From positions 310,001-374,000 of the forward strand of contig NIVC01000441.1 in the NCBI GenBank assembly GCA_002269645.1: a stretch of 64,000 nt of DNA. The letters run 5' to 3'. Source of the stretch: Macrostomum lignano (lineage: Eukaryota). Below, piece after piece: positions 33,911-43,761 of the stretch (its first letter is position 1; each line of letters opens with the position of its first letter). A program made the translations under genes and the position numbers. Below the pieces are notes generated by a model. It did not search any database. It saw nothing but the letters and a program-made list of their open reading frames with translations, and was not told the origin of the DNA.

Positions 33911-35784
33911 ATGATATTTTCTGGAACGCCCTCATGGAACGGAACAACAAGTACTGGTGGTGGTACATCTGGTGGAATAAGTGTTACATTCGGAGATAAC
34001 CGATATATTAATGAAGATGAAGGTTATAAAAAACTGAAATTGATAATAAACTAAATTTAAAAAAAAATGTTGCAGATTCCTATACCAAAACTGAAATCGA
34101 TACTTCATTAAATTTGAAAAGAGATATTAGTGATTCATATACAAAAACTCAAATAGATGATTCATTAAATTTAAAAAGAGATATAACCGATTCTTATTCT
34201 CGAACTGATTCTGATTCGCGTTATGTTCAAACCACCGCAACCGGAACCTTAGATATGGACAACAATCGAATTATAAATGTTGCAATTACAACGAATAACT
34301 CAGTAGTTGATAAGAACTATGTCGATAATCAGGTTGGTAGTCGTACTGGCAATATCAATATGAATAATTTTAAATTAACAAATTTATTATTTGGAACAGA
34401 GGCCACAGACTCGGTCAATTTAGGACAAGTCAACGCTCGAGCTAATGTAACCGACGCCGATATTTTTTCCACGCCGCTTACATCAAATACTTCAAATCCA
34501 GATGTTGTTCTTACAGCATCCGAAAATACCAACGATGCTTTTCGAGTTGGAGATGGAAGCCTTGCGACACAATGGTCACCAAATACCGGAACCACAACCA
34601 ATATGGAAATTCAATTTGAATTTTTAGGTTATAATCGAAGAATAAATGAATTAAGAATTACAGGCAGCGCAACAATTGATATTCCATCGGGATGGTCGGT
34701 TCGTGCAAAAAATGTTGCTACCGATGCATGGACGGTATTACGAACGTCGGGATCACCAATTCAAGCAACTTCATTTGCGTTAACTAATTTAACGGTTAAT
34801 TTTTGGAAATATTATAGCGTTTTATTCCCAACTGGTGGCACCGCTACACAGCCTATCGAGGTTCGTCTAATACAATTATTTGAACACCGAGTTGAAATTC
34901 AAGATCTTAATTGGCCAAATGAAATACTATCTGCAACCCCGCGAGTGTACGTAGATCAGGTAGCTACCCCAATATCAAATGGCAGAATGTCTGCCGGTGA
35001 TAAAAATAAATTGGATAATATTCCCGCCATTGATGCCGCATTATTCGAGCCAGTAATTTGTAATTGGACTGGATATCAAAATCCAACAACCGCCGGAGAT
35101 ATATATCCAGTTGGTTCTTTAATTGGCGACGCTTCTTATATCGATTATCAAAATGGTGCTAGAATTACTCGTGAAACTGGTGGTGTCAGTGGGGCATTAC
35201 AATTTAATTTCACACATTTTCAAAATATATCAGCGTCTTTCTTTTTCAGAGTTGCCAATTCTGGAGGAACTGGTGCAGATGCGGTTTGGTTTTATGCATA
35301 TTGTCACGAACGACCAACAAGCGAAAGCGGGACGGGTTTAGCAACAGACGCCGGATTGATAGTTTTTGCAAGTGAGTGGCATGATAAATTTGGCCTAGTT
35401 TGGAGTTCTAAAAAATCAGACGGATCAAGCCGCGCGGATGTTAATACTGACGCGGATCAAACGGTAGACTATACAAATATTGATAGCGGTGATTGGCATC
35501 TGTTTGAAATTAATATTTTAAATCAAAGGGTTTGGTATAGAATACATTCATACAATGTCTCAGCCGATTCTTATACCCTCATTGGGCAGAACGTTTTCAC
35601 ATATGATAGTGGAAATTGGGGAACTTTAGATAAATCTGGAACTCTTATGGGTTTTGGTGCTCGAACTGGAGGAGCAGATGCTGCACATTTTATTCGTGGC
35701 GCTGCTGTTTGTGGTAGCACATCATTTGGTTATGTTTATCCATCTACTGCTTATTTGGAAAAACCTCCTGTTGCTATAACTTAA
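33911..35784 (+). CDS. Fiber/spike-like protein with a 1-nt frameshift near 34030; putative discoidin-like and L-type lectin-like domains
   Basis: N-terminal SYTKTEID repeats continue upstream of the listed ORF; DMDNNRIINV, KNYVD and VYVD shaft-like motifs; DGSLATQWS...IRVLIQ-type (VRLIQLF) region; GADAVWF...GFGARTGG...H region. Confidence 0.7.
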
Positions 35785-35799
35785 ATATTTATATATAAA

Positions 35800-36126
35800 A
35801 TGGCTTTTAGTAGAACTCCATCGATGCGACAAAATAATGTTATCATTCCAATTCCTAAACAAGAATCAAATATAAAAACTTTTAAATCTCATACGCGAAT
35901 TTTATTTAGTGGAGTGAATGTTCAGGATAATAAGAAACTTCAAGAATTAATTAAATTATTAAAAAATCATATTATACTTCAAGAGTTTTGGAAAATTGGA
36001 TTTAAATGGGAGAAAAAAGAAAGAATAACTCCAATACAATACCTATTGAGCTCAGGACAAATCCCCAAAGAGCGCGGGGAATTCATTTTAGTGCTATTAA
36101 AAATAGACGAGAATGTCGGTGTCTGA
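35800..36126 (+). CDS. Maverick hypothetical protein (108 aa)
   Basis: TAAAATG start, in a tightly packed gene series. Confidence 0.55.
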   Translation: MAFSRTPSMRQNNVIIPIPKQESNIKTFKSHTRILFSGVNVQDNKKLQELIKLLKNHIILQEFWKIGFKWEKKERITPIQYLLSSGQIPKERGEFILVLLKIDENVGV

Positions 36127-36769
36127 AGCAGATAAAAGGGAACGTGACCATTTTAACCAACGTAAAGGTCACATGTTAAGTAATGTTGATCGTATTAACT
36201 ATGATTATGATTTATATGCTAAAAAAGTAAGAAGAGTTTCAAACCATATCAGAAATATAGATTTTTTCAATATTGGTTTTGGAAGCTTATCAATGTTATG
36301 TGTAATCGTTTTAGGTACTTTACAATCTATTCCAACTCTTAATTTATCTCAATTATTTTTAGGTATTGCAATTGGCTCAATATCAGGTTTTGAATTAATT
36401 AGAAATTTATCAATACTTTTAGCAATTAAATTATATCTTAAAAAAAGAAAGGAAAAATATAAATCATTAAGAGATGTTGCCAAGCAATATAAAAATCAGT
36501 TATATTTATATGTGCAAAAAATATTGGATGACGGAGAGATAACAATTCACGAGTTATCAACCGCGGTTGAATTATATGAAAAATATTTAAAAGATCGAAA
36601 TAGAATTTTAGATGTTGAAACTTTTACCGATATAGAATTAAAAGAATTACGTTTGGACAAACCCAAAGCTCCTCCGATAGATACATTAGGTATTTACGAA
36701 CCTGAAACTGTTGGTACTGGGGTACAAAGCCCGCGAACCGGTAGTGCGGTAGAACTTAATGTTGTTTAG
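36113..36769 (+). CDS. Maverick protein with two predicted transmembrane helices
   Basis: Hydrophobic FFNIGFGSLSMLCVIVLG and LFLGIAIGSISGFELI segments; C-terminal KILDDGEIT...YEKY motif that I recall from Polinton membrane proteins (not verified). Confidence 0.65.
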   Translation: MSVSEADKRERDHFNQRKGHMLSNVDRINYDYDLYAKKVRRVSNHIRNIDFFNIGFGSLSMLCVIVLGTLQSIPTLNLSQLFLGIAIGSISGFELIRNLSILLAIKLYLKKRKEKYKSLRDVAKQYKNQLYLYVQKILDDGEITIHELSTAVELYEKYLKDRNRILDVETFTDIELKELRLDKPKAPPIDTLGIYEPETVGTGVQSPRTGSAVELNVV

Positions 36770-37249
36770 TTTTTCTAACGCATACGTTATGTATTCTTCC
36801 CAAAGTGGTAATTCTCTTTTAATTCTAGGTTTAAATTTTTTATCAATACATAAAAATTCCAATGACTTTTTCAGTAACATTTCGTTAGGTATGTTACCTA
36901 TCCTTATAAACTTTGTATTCTCTCGCATAAGAAAATTAAAATAATATCCAACTAAAATTAAAATCCTTTCGGAGTCTTTCGAACTTAATCCCTTTCCTTT
37001 ATTTAAATGGAAAAAGTTGTTATATAAATAAACATTATTTCCGGGAATTAAAATTGGATCAGATATGTCTCTTGTAAGATTTCTTAAAATTGTGTTTTTA
37101 AAATAGTAATATGAGTTTTCAATCTTTTTTGTTTTTTCAAATTGATATATTTTAGAACATGAATAGCACATATGATATATATCTCCGCTTGTTGTTTGAG
37201 CTCTATGCATAGTCACATTACATTTTTTACATACATAAATGTCTTTCAT
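36686..37249 (-). CDS. Zn-ribbon hypothetical protein (187 aa)
   Basis: CKKC...CYSC at the N-terminus; A-rich start context. Confidence 0.55.
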   Translation of the reverse strand: MKDIYVCKKCNVTMHRAQTTSGDIYHMCYSCSKIYQFEKTKKIENSYYYFKNTILRNLTRDISDPILIPGNNVYLYNNFFHLNKGKGLSSKDSERILILVGYYFNFLMRENTKFIRIGNIPNEMLLKKSLEFLCIDKKFKPRIKRELPLWEEYITYALEKLNNIKFYRTTGSRALYPSTNSFRFVNT

Positions 37250-37276
37250 TTTTTTGTTATTTTTTTAGATTAAAAA

Positions 37277-37609
37277 ATGGAGAGCTGGTTCAAAACCGAT
37301 TCTAATGTGATTAATTATCTCACACCCAATATGTTGGAGAATAAAGAATATAATATTGTATGTTTGAGACAGGTTAAATTTATTGGACTTCAATCGATAT
37401 TTTTACAATTAGATGGTCAAACAATACTATGTTTAAGTGGGAATGATGTTAAAAATTTTCCAGTTTTAGTTATTAATAAACCTAAAGCGTTCATTATAAA
37501 ATACAGTCTGGAGGGTGGATTGCAATTTAAACTAAAACAAACAAATAATAAAAAGAGTGATAGGACTGTAAAATTGGCATCAGTTTGGGAGGCTGACGAA
37601 GATTGTTAA
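37277..37609 (+). CDS. Maverick hypothetical protein (110 aa)
   Basis: TAAAAAATG start, divergent from the 187-aa ORF. Confidence 0.55.
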   Translation: MESWFKTDSNVINYLTPNMLENKEYNIVCLRQVKFIGLQSIFLQLDGQTILCLSGNDVKNFPVLVINKPKAFIIKYSLEGGLQFKLKQTNNKKSDRTVKLASVWEADEDC

Positions 37610-37625
37610 ATTTTTTTATAAGAAA

Positions 37626-37970
37626 ATGGACGAGCAAAAAATCCTTATCGCTAAACATCGTGAAATTAATGATATTAATAAAAAAATAAATTCAATGTCT
37701 TATAGTGAGTGGGAGGACGATATGTTTCCCATTCGATATGAGTTGGATAAAAGAAAGTATTTTTTATATAAAGATATTGCTTATGCTGAAATAGTAATTG
37801 AAATTGAAATAGCTAGATTGGTTAGACGAATAAAAAAACTTAGGATAAAAATAAAAGAATGTTTAAGTTATCCTGACGACTGCGAGGAAAATTGGCCTTC
37901 AATAATATATGAAATTGAAGTTGATGATATGCTTAAACAATTACATGCTTTAGTTTTTTACCATTATTAG
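37626..37970 (+). CDS. Maverick hypothetical charged/coiled-coil protein (114 aa)
   Basis: ORF convergent with the pPolB 3' end. Confidence 0.5.
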   Translation: MDEQKILIAKHREINDINKKINSMSYSEWEDDMFPIRYELDKRKYFLYKDIAYAEIVIEIEIARLVRRIKKLRIKIKECLSYPDDCEENWPSIIYEIEVDDMLKQLHALVFYHY

Positions 37971-40900
37971 TTTTTCTGTTAATCTCTTCCAGTTATCCAA
38001 GACTTTTTCCTTGTTTAATTTTTTAAGTTCTTTTGGAAAAGTTGCATAATAATTATCTATATCTTTTTTATATTCTAGAAATGTATTATATTCACATTCA
38101 CATTCGGATTCACAATAACAATCGTAATAATAATTATTTATTGCCTCTTTGTATTCATTATATTTGCTTATTATATCTTCTTTTTGTTTTTTATCTTTTA
38201 TCATATTTTTTATCTCTTCTTTTAAACCATATGGATATGTTTTAATTTTATCATCTAAATATCTTTTATCATCAAATGGACTTAATGTTTTTTTATCTGT
38301 CTCGATGACAAACATCTGATGCTTATCTGAATTTAATCGATATTGTGGAGCATAATAATTTTCAATTGTATTAAGGTAATCTAAAAGTACGTTTTTATAA
38401 TCATCAAATGTTATCTTTTTAACTGCTGCCCTTGATACCCCTTTTATTTTTTTTACCTCTCCCTCCTGTCCTAAAACTTTAAATGCATAGCATTTTGATC
38501 TTATTGCTATAAACTCGGTTATGATTTTGCTATTTAATTCATCTTTCATTTTAAGTACAACTTTCTTATTTTGATTCGATTTTAAGGGATGGTTATCCGG
38601 ATAGTCGGATGTATCCAATGTATCTTTAATTTTTTCCATATCTTTATAGACATCGAACCTTTGGTTCGCGGGCTTTGCCCGGTCATCTGTTTCAACCTTA
38701 AATACCAAACTGTCGGTGTCCGCATATATTGGATAGTTATCTGGCCATGTTTTATTTATAACATCATAATAGTATTCATACATTACTAGCTTTGCAAAAT
38801 CTAGAACAACCATTCCAATAAATATTGGTTTAAGAAATTTTGTTGTTTTATTTCTCATATGTATTCCCATAAAGTTATCATCAAATTTTATAAAATCTTT
38901 AAAGTTAGGTTTTGAGAAATATTTCTTTGCTTTATCAATATCCTTTTCTAAATGGAATTGGGTTCTATCTCTAATATTTTCAACCGTTTTTCCATAAAAA
39001 GCATTATTCATTAATTTCCAATAATCTTTCTCAAAATTTGTTTTTGACATCTGTCTCTGATTTGAATTAAAATCAATATATTTAGCTAACCAATCTTCCT
39101 CAATAAACGATATTGTTCGATGTACTTTAGACACTTTTAATCCCTGCTTTTCATAAAATTGTAGAAGCTTATAATGCACTACATAGTTTTTCTTATCATG
39201 TAAATTTAATATTAATTTTTTTGTTGCTAGGTGTTTTGCATTATCTGCTTTAAGATAATCTTTTTGTGTTTGTGATAAATCATCTTCATTAACTGAACAA
39301 TGCTCTGGAGCTAAAGGATATTTATATGTTTTTGCTTTTGCTTCCCGAGTATATTGCAAATCCACTTCTACGATACAACCCCTTCCTTCGGGAATATTTT
39401 TGTAATAATCGGGGTCGTCTTCCCATTGGAAATCAGCTATTGGTAATTTTTGTTTCATACAACCACCGTATAAATTGTTTGCATCTAGATATAATACATA
39501 TGATGATTTTTCTTTTTTATTATAATTTGGTAGATATTTATTATTTACTTTAGTATATCTATCTCCTAGTACCCCCGAGAATCCGCCGCGAATTCCTCTC
39601 TCAATCATTAACAACATATCATGATCAGTTAATAAATCAATCTCAACATCTGTGTATTTCAAACCGCAAGCCCATGTTAATCCGGGTGCACTAAAACAAT
39701 AAGCGGGATCAATTTTAAAATTCTCATAAGTATGATTCCTAAAGTTTTCAAATGCATCAGCTAATAGGAGAACATCTGCTTTAAGATATAGATTATGATA
39801 ATCTTTAAATGTTTTACAATTAAAATATTTCCATACTTTTTGAGCATGTTCATAATCCGATTCACTTATATTTGTTTGTGATAATGTTGAATAAAACTTT
39901 TCTATGGGTGGTAATTCGGTATGAAAAAATACGTCTTCAGATGTTACATATTCATATGGATACATGCCCTTACGAGTTAATAGTATTAGTTCTTCCTCGG
40001 ATAGTTTTTCCTTTTTGAAATGATTCAATAGTATTGGAAAGTTTTTCTTTACTATTTCTAAATCCCATGGTTTTGGAACTAATGATGAAACAACATTTGC
40101 TAAAGATGTTGATAAGAATCTCAAGGAATCTAGAAAAACTAGATGGGAGTATTTCTTACCATATGTTATTGATATGTAATTTTCTGATGTTTTAGGTAAT
40201 ATATTTATTTCATATTCATCCTTTCCTAAATGAAGCAATTCTCGAACTAGGAAATGAAAATCATATCCGGAACCATTATGAAAAAATACTGGTATTTCCT
40301 TACATCCTTTTCCTTCTTTTGCATTACATGATCTACATGCTGCCCCTCGATAAATTCCCGTTAGATGACAATGTTCTCGTATCTTATTTTTCTTACTTAA
40401 ATATCTTTTGCATATATAACAATTTGTTGCATTTTTATAATTGTTTCTATCCTTATCTGTCATAATAATATTTTTTGATAATTTATCATATTGATTTTGA
40501 ATATATTCAAATACATTTACTAATGATTCTGCCATGTGCTTAGCTGCATCCTTACCGTGGTAAGTAATCATCCTTGATTTAAATATATTATCAGCTACGG
40601 AGTGTACATATATACAATAACTATTCGGAAACTGTTGTGCCAATTTTTTTGTGCATTCACCATCATCAGATACTGTCTGTGGTTCTTTTAAGGGAACATT
40701 TGTTGCTTCAAAATCAGCATATATTACTATTGGTTTTTTAATTGCAATATAATGTTGTTGGAACATTAGGGTTGCATCTTCAGATGCTGGCATTACAACA
40801 TTAGTAAATTTGTGATCTAAACAAAATCGTTGATGATTTTTAAGAGCTGTTTCATCATATTTAAATGTGAAACAGTTTCTACATAATGGCTTTCTATTTC

Positions 40901-41909
40901 CATTTTCTCTTAAAAAGGAACTAATGTCCTTTATGTATATATAATGTGTTTCATTTTCACGCTGCATGTACAAAAGGTCGATTTGATCTGGTGCTGTTAT
41001 ATCAGTTGCTGGTTTTACTAAATAACAGTTTTTCTTATACCATTCTGGATCGGTTGAAATTTCTTCTAGATCTTCTGGTTCTTCAATTGTAAACACATTA
41101 ATATTTAAACCATTCATTTTTTCAATCTTATATATATCATCTATTGCTACTGGATATGATATGTTTTTCATTATTATTTCATCCTCATATTGTCTATAAT
41201 TATATATTTTATTAATGTGTGATTCTACTTGATTGTGATATTTATGAATTAATAAACACCATAATAAACATTTATTATCTTTATTGTCTGGATTTATAAT
41301 CATTGGTGATTTAAATTTGAGATTCATATGTGATCGTCCTTTAAGAATTTCAATAGGAACAATCTTTACTATTGCTGAATTACAGGATACAAATATAAAC
41401 CCGGATCCGTTTTCTGTCATCCTATCTATCCATTCATCAAACTCCGCTTCTATTTGATTAAATTGATTATTGTAGTTTCTCATTGATAGTAGTGTTTTAT
41501 ATGATTCTTGTGAAAAGTTATTTATTACTTCAATTTCTGAATTTGCATTAAGAATATTTGGTTTTTTAAATTCTGTTTCAACTTCTATTTTATACTTAAT
41601 TGGCTGTCGTTTGTTATTTGGCCTTATAGTATAATTGTTTAATATGGTCTTTAATTTATCTTTCATTTGTTTAAAATATTCTTTATAATTTGTATTTATA
41701 TCTATATCTATATATATTACTTCAGCTCCATTTTGTCCTTGTGGTTGGGGGTTATCAATATCATTTAATTGTCTTTCTAAACGTATCTCATTTTCTGCCC
41801 TAACTCTAGCTTCTATTTCAGCCCTATCGGCAATTCGTTGTGCATCGATTTGAGCTATTAATTGCGCTCTAAGTTCGGGGTTGTCGATTTGAGCTAAAAT
41901 TGATTCCAT
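37950..41909 (-). CDS. pPolB: Protein-primed family B DNA polymerase (1319 aa) with an endonuclease VII-like Zn insert and an N-terminal terminal-protein-like region
   Basis: Exo I YADFEA, Exo II FHNGSGYDFH, Exo III YLKADV; Pol YLDANNLYG, KLMNNAFYGK, YADTDS; insert CYIC...EHCHLTGIYRGAACRSCN. Confidence 0.97.
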   Translation of the reverse strand: MESILAQIDNPELRAQLIAQIDAQRIADRAEIEARVRAENEIRLERQLNDIDNPQPQGQNGAEVIYIDIDINTNYKEYFKQMKDKLKTILNNYTIRPNNKRQPIKYKIEVETEFKKPNILNANSEIEVINNFSQESYKTLLSMRNYNNQFNQIEAEFDEWIDRMTENGSGFIFVSCNSAIVKIVPIEILKGRSHMNLKFKSPMIINPDNKDNKCLLWCLLIHKYHNQVESHINKIYNYRQYEDEIIMKNISYPVAIDDIYKIEKMNGLNINVFTIEEPEDLEEISTDPEWYKKNCYLVKPATDITAPDQIDLLYMQRENETHYIYIKDISSFLRENGNRKPLCRNCFTFKYDETALKNHQRFCLDHKFTNVVMPASEDATLMFQQHYIAIKKPIVIYADFEATNVPLKEPQTVSDDGECTKKLAQQFPNSYCIYVHSVADNIFKSRMITYHGKDAAKHMAESLVNVFEYIQNQYDKLSKNIIMTDKDRNNYKNATNCYICKRYLSKKNKIREHCHLTGIYRGAACRSCNAKEGKGCKEIPVFFHNGSGYDFHFLVRELLHLGKDEYEINILPKTSENYISITYGKKYSHLVFLDSLRFLSTSLANVVSSLVPKPWDLEIVKKNFPILLNHFKKEKLSEEELILLTRKGMYPYEYVTSEDVFFHTELPPIEKFYSTLSQTNISESDYEHAQKVWKYFNCKTFKDYHNLYLKADVLLLADAFENFRNHTYENFKIDPAYCFSAPGLTWACGLKYTDVEIDLLTDHDMLLMIERGIRGGFSGVLGDRYTKVNNKYLPNYNKKEKSSYVLYLDANNLYGGCMKQKLPIADFQWEDDPDYYKNIPEGRGCIVEVDLQYTREAKAKTYKYPLAPEHCSVNEDDLSQTQKDYLKADNAKHLATKKLILNLHDKKNYVVHYKLLQFYEKQGLKVSKVHRTISFIEEDWLAKYIDFNSNQRQMSKTNFEKDYWKLMNNAFYGKTVENIRDRTQFHLEKDIDKAKKYFSKPNFKDFIKFDDNFMGIHMRNKTTKFLKPIFIGMVVLDFAKLVMYEYYYDVINKTWPDNYPIYADTDSLVFKVETDDRAKPANQRFDVYKDMEKIKDTLDTSDYPDNHPLKSNQNKKVVLKMKDELNSKIITEFIAIRSKCYAFKVLGQEGEVKKIKGVSRAAVKKITFDDYKNVLLDYLNTIENYYAPQYRLNSDKHQMFVIETDKKTLSPFDDKRYLDDKIKTYPYGLKEEIKNMIKDKKQKEDIISKYNEYKEAINNYYYDCYCESECECEYNTFLEYKKDIDNYYATFPKELKKLNKEKVLDNWKRLTEKLIMVKN

Positions 41910-41993
41910 TTTATAGAATAGAATTTATATAATGTTTGAATTATTGATTTTTTAATTTTGTGTTTTTGGTGTCCAGACCCACCCCCCAGGAGC

Positions 41994-42968
41994 CTATTCG
42001 AGATCTGCTTTTGGTAATAGCAATCCATTGCCCATAACGTTTGAATTTAAGAAAATTCCTGAACCTGCTTTTGGTCGCATTTCGAGATATAATCCGCTTC
42101 CGTCGTGTTTTTCAATGATATTAAAATCTTTTCCTAATTTATTAAAAATTTTCTGAACAGCTGGTCTAAAATTGGATCCAATATTGTCAAAAAATCCTTT
42201 AGCTTTCTCACCCGTTTTTTCTAAAGTTTGGCCAAATTCATGTAGTTTATCTGCGACAACTCCACTTCCTTGGGTTGTTCCTTTTAGTACCAAACCGTTG
42301 CCATTTAACAGTAAACCTTTTCCGGCTGCTAACCTAGCTTCTGCATTTCTTTTTTGCTCTGCTGTTGCTGAACTACTATTAATGGTATCAATAAGTTTCT
42401 GTTTGAATTGTGCGTCCTGTGTTATTTGCTGTCTTTGAAATTCTGCATCTCGTTTAGCTTTTTCATCCGCAGCTTTTTTATCATTTACTGCTTTTGTGAT
42501 TCCAGCTGCGCCCCCTGCTATTCCACCAGCTGCTCCTATTCCTGCAAAAATTATTGGTAATAAAGTTGCTAATGGCAATATTCCTCCTTGTTTTGCTTTT
42601 AATTCTGCTAACTGTTTTCGGTTATCATGAATTCTTTTACCTGCTAAACCGGCTGCTCCGGCTGCTCCGAGGCCTAAAAGAATTGGTAAAATAGGTAACA
42701 ATCCACCGTCTTTTTTAGTGTGAGTCTCCAATAAAAATTTTACATCGGAGTCTGTCAACCTATAATTTCTACCATGATTCTTAAAGGATATTGGCCTTCC
42801 TTCTTGTGCATATTTTGCAGCAAGTTTAAATGTATCGATATCGTAGTCAAGTTTTTTACCTAAACGATCCAATCTTTTTAACATTGTGTGACTATGTTTA
42901 TTATCGTCTAGATTTAAAGTATCTACAATTTCTCCTATAAAATATAAGCGGTCGTTATCTGTGTCCAT
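41994..42968 (-). CDS. Putative virion core or membrane-active protein with GGxLP hydrophobic segments and repeated GxGL motifs
   Basis: GGLLPILPILLGLGAAG, GGILPLATLLPIIFAGIGAAGGIAGG, and GKGLLL/GSGLYL/GNGLLL. Confidence 0.65.
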   Translation of the reverse strand: MDTDNDRLYFIGEIVDTLNLDDNKHSHTMLKRLDRLGKKLDYDIDTFKLAAKYAQEGRPISFKNHGRNYRLTDSDVKFLLETHTKKDGGLLPILPILLGLGAAGAAGLAGKRIHDNRKQLAELKAKQGGILPLATLLPIIFAGIGAAGGIAGGAAGITKAVNDKKAADEKAKRDAEFQRQQITQDAQFKQKLIDTINSSSATAEQKRNAEARLAAGKGLLLNGNGLVLKGTTQGSGVVADKLHEFGQTLEKTGEKAKGFFDNIGSNFRPAVQKIFNKLGKDFNIIEKHDGSGLYLEMRPKAGSGIFLNSNVMGNGLLLPKADLE

Positions 42969-42978
42969 TTTTATATTG

Positions 42979-43377
42979 TTAAAATTTTTTTAATCCTTTT
43001 CCGCCTTTAATTGTGGTTAACATTTTATTAAAATCCTGAATATCTTTATTACTTATTGGCGCGCTTTTCGTGGGGGTTTCTGTTGGTTGTGCGGCTTGTG
43101 CCAGCTTTAAATCTTTTATTGCATTTATTTGTGAGAGGGTGTCGTTAAAATCTCTCAATTTCTTTAGTTCTTCTGCTGCTCTAGCTGCTTCAATTCCTCC
43201 TTTTACAGCATTTGTTATAGAACCTGCTGCGGAGCCTGCTTGCCCTATTAGACCCATATTGTCTTTAACAAAATTCGCTGCTGTTCCAACCACATCAAAA
43301 AGCCCCTCACCTCGGTATTCAATTGGGTCTCCTACCTGCAATTCGTTCAGATTTTGCATATGAGTAACGTGTGTCAT
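42979..43377 (-). CDS. Maverick small Gly/Ala-rich protein (132 aa)
   Basis: GEGLFDVV...amphipathic helix...GGKGLKKF; A-rich start next to the right TIR. Confidence 0.6.
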   Translation of the reverse strand: MTHVTHMQNLNELQVGDPIEYRGEGLFDVVGTAANFVKDNMGLIGQAGSAAGSITNAVKGGIEAARAAEELKKLRDFNDTLSQINAIKDLKLAQAAQPTETPTKSAPISNKDIQDFNKMLTTIKGGKGLKKF

Positions 43378-43387
43378 TTTTTGTTCT

Positions 43388-43761
43388 ATTTTTAGTAACA
43401 GAAAAAGACCCTTCGCGCCTGCGGCGCGTGCGAGGGGTTATAGAGAATTGGAAGTGTTATAGAGAATTGGAAGTGTTGGATGTGTTGGGTAGAGTAGTAG
43501 TAGGTAAAAGTACGCTTCTAGATCAGACCTTTTTTAATGGCCGTTTATAAGGTTCCAGAGGGGGGACACGAGGGGGAGTGTTGGAGGTGATTTTTATTGA
43601 TTAGATGTGTTTAGATGTGTTGTGGGTGATTATGGGTGATTAGATGTGTTAAGGGTGTTTAGATGTGTTTTTTTATTACCCCCTCGTGTCCCCCCTCTAG
43701 ACCCTTAAAACTGCTATTAAAAAAGTGCTCTGGGTCTAGAAGCGTTGTTTTACCTACTACT
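43388..43761 (-). repeat. Right TIR of Maverick (374 bp)
   Basis: Reverse complement of 26229-26602. Confidence 0.95.

Larger units (their letters stand above)
26229..43761. mobile_element. Structurally complete Maverick/Polinton (adintovirus-like endogenous virus), 17,533 bp
   Basis: Termini AGTAGTAGG...CCTACTACT, 374-bp TIRs, 6-bp TSD TGCGAG (26223-26228 and 43762-43767), and a full core gene set. Confidence 0.97.

Noticed and set aside
34025-34036. Programmed -1 frameshift in the fiber gene
   Set aside because: The A-run is not in canonical X XXY YYZ phase; a homopolymer indel or sequencing error is simpler.
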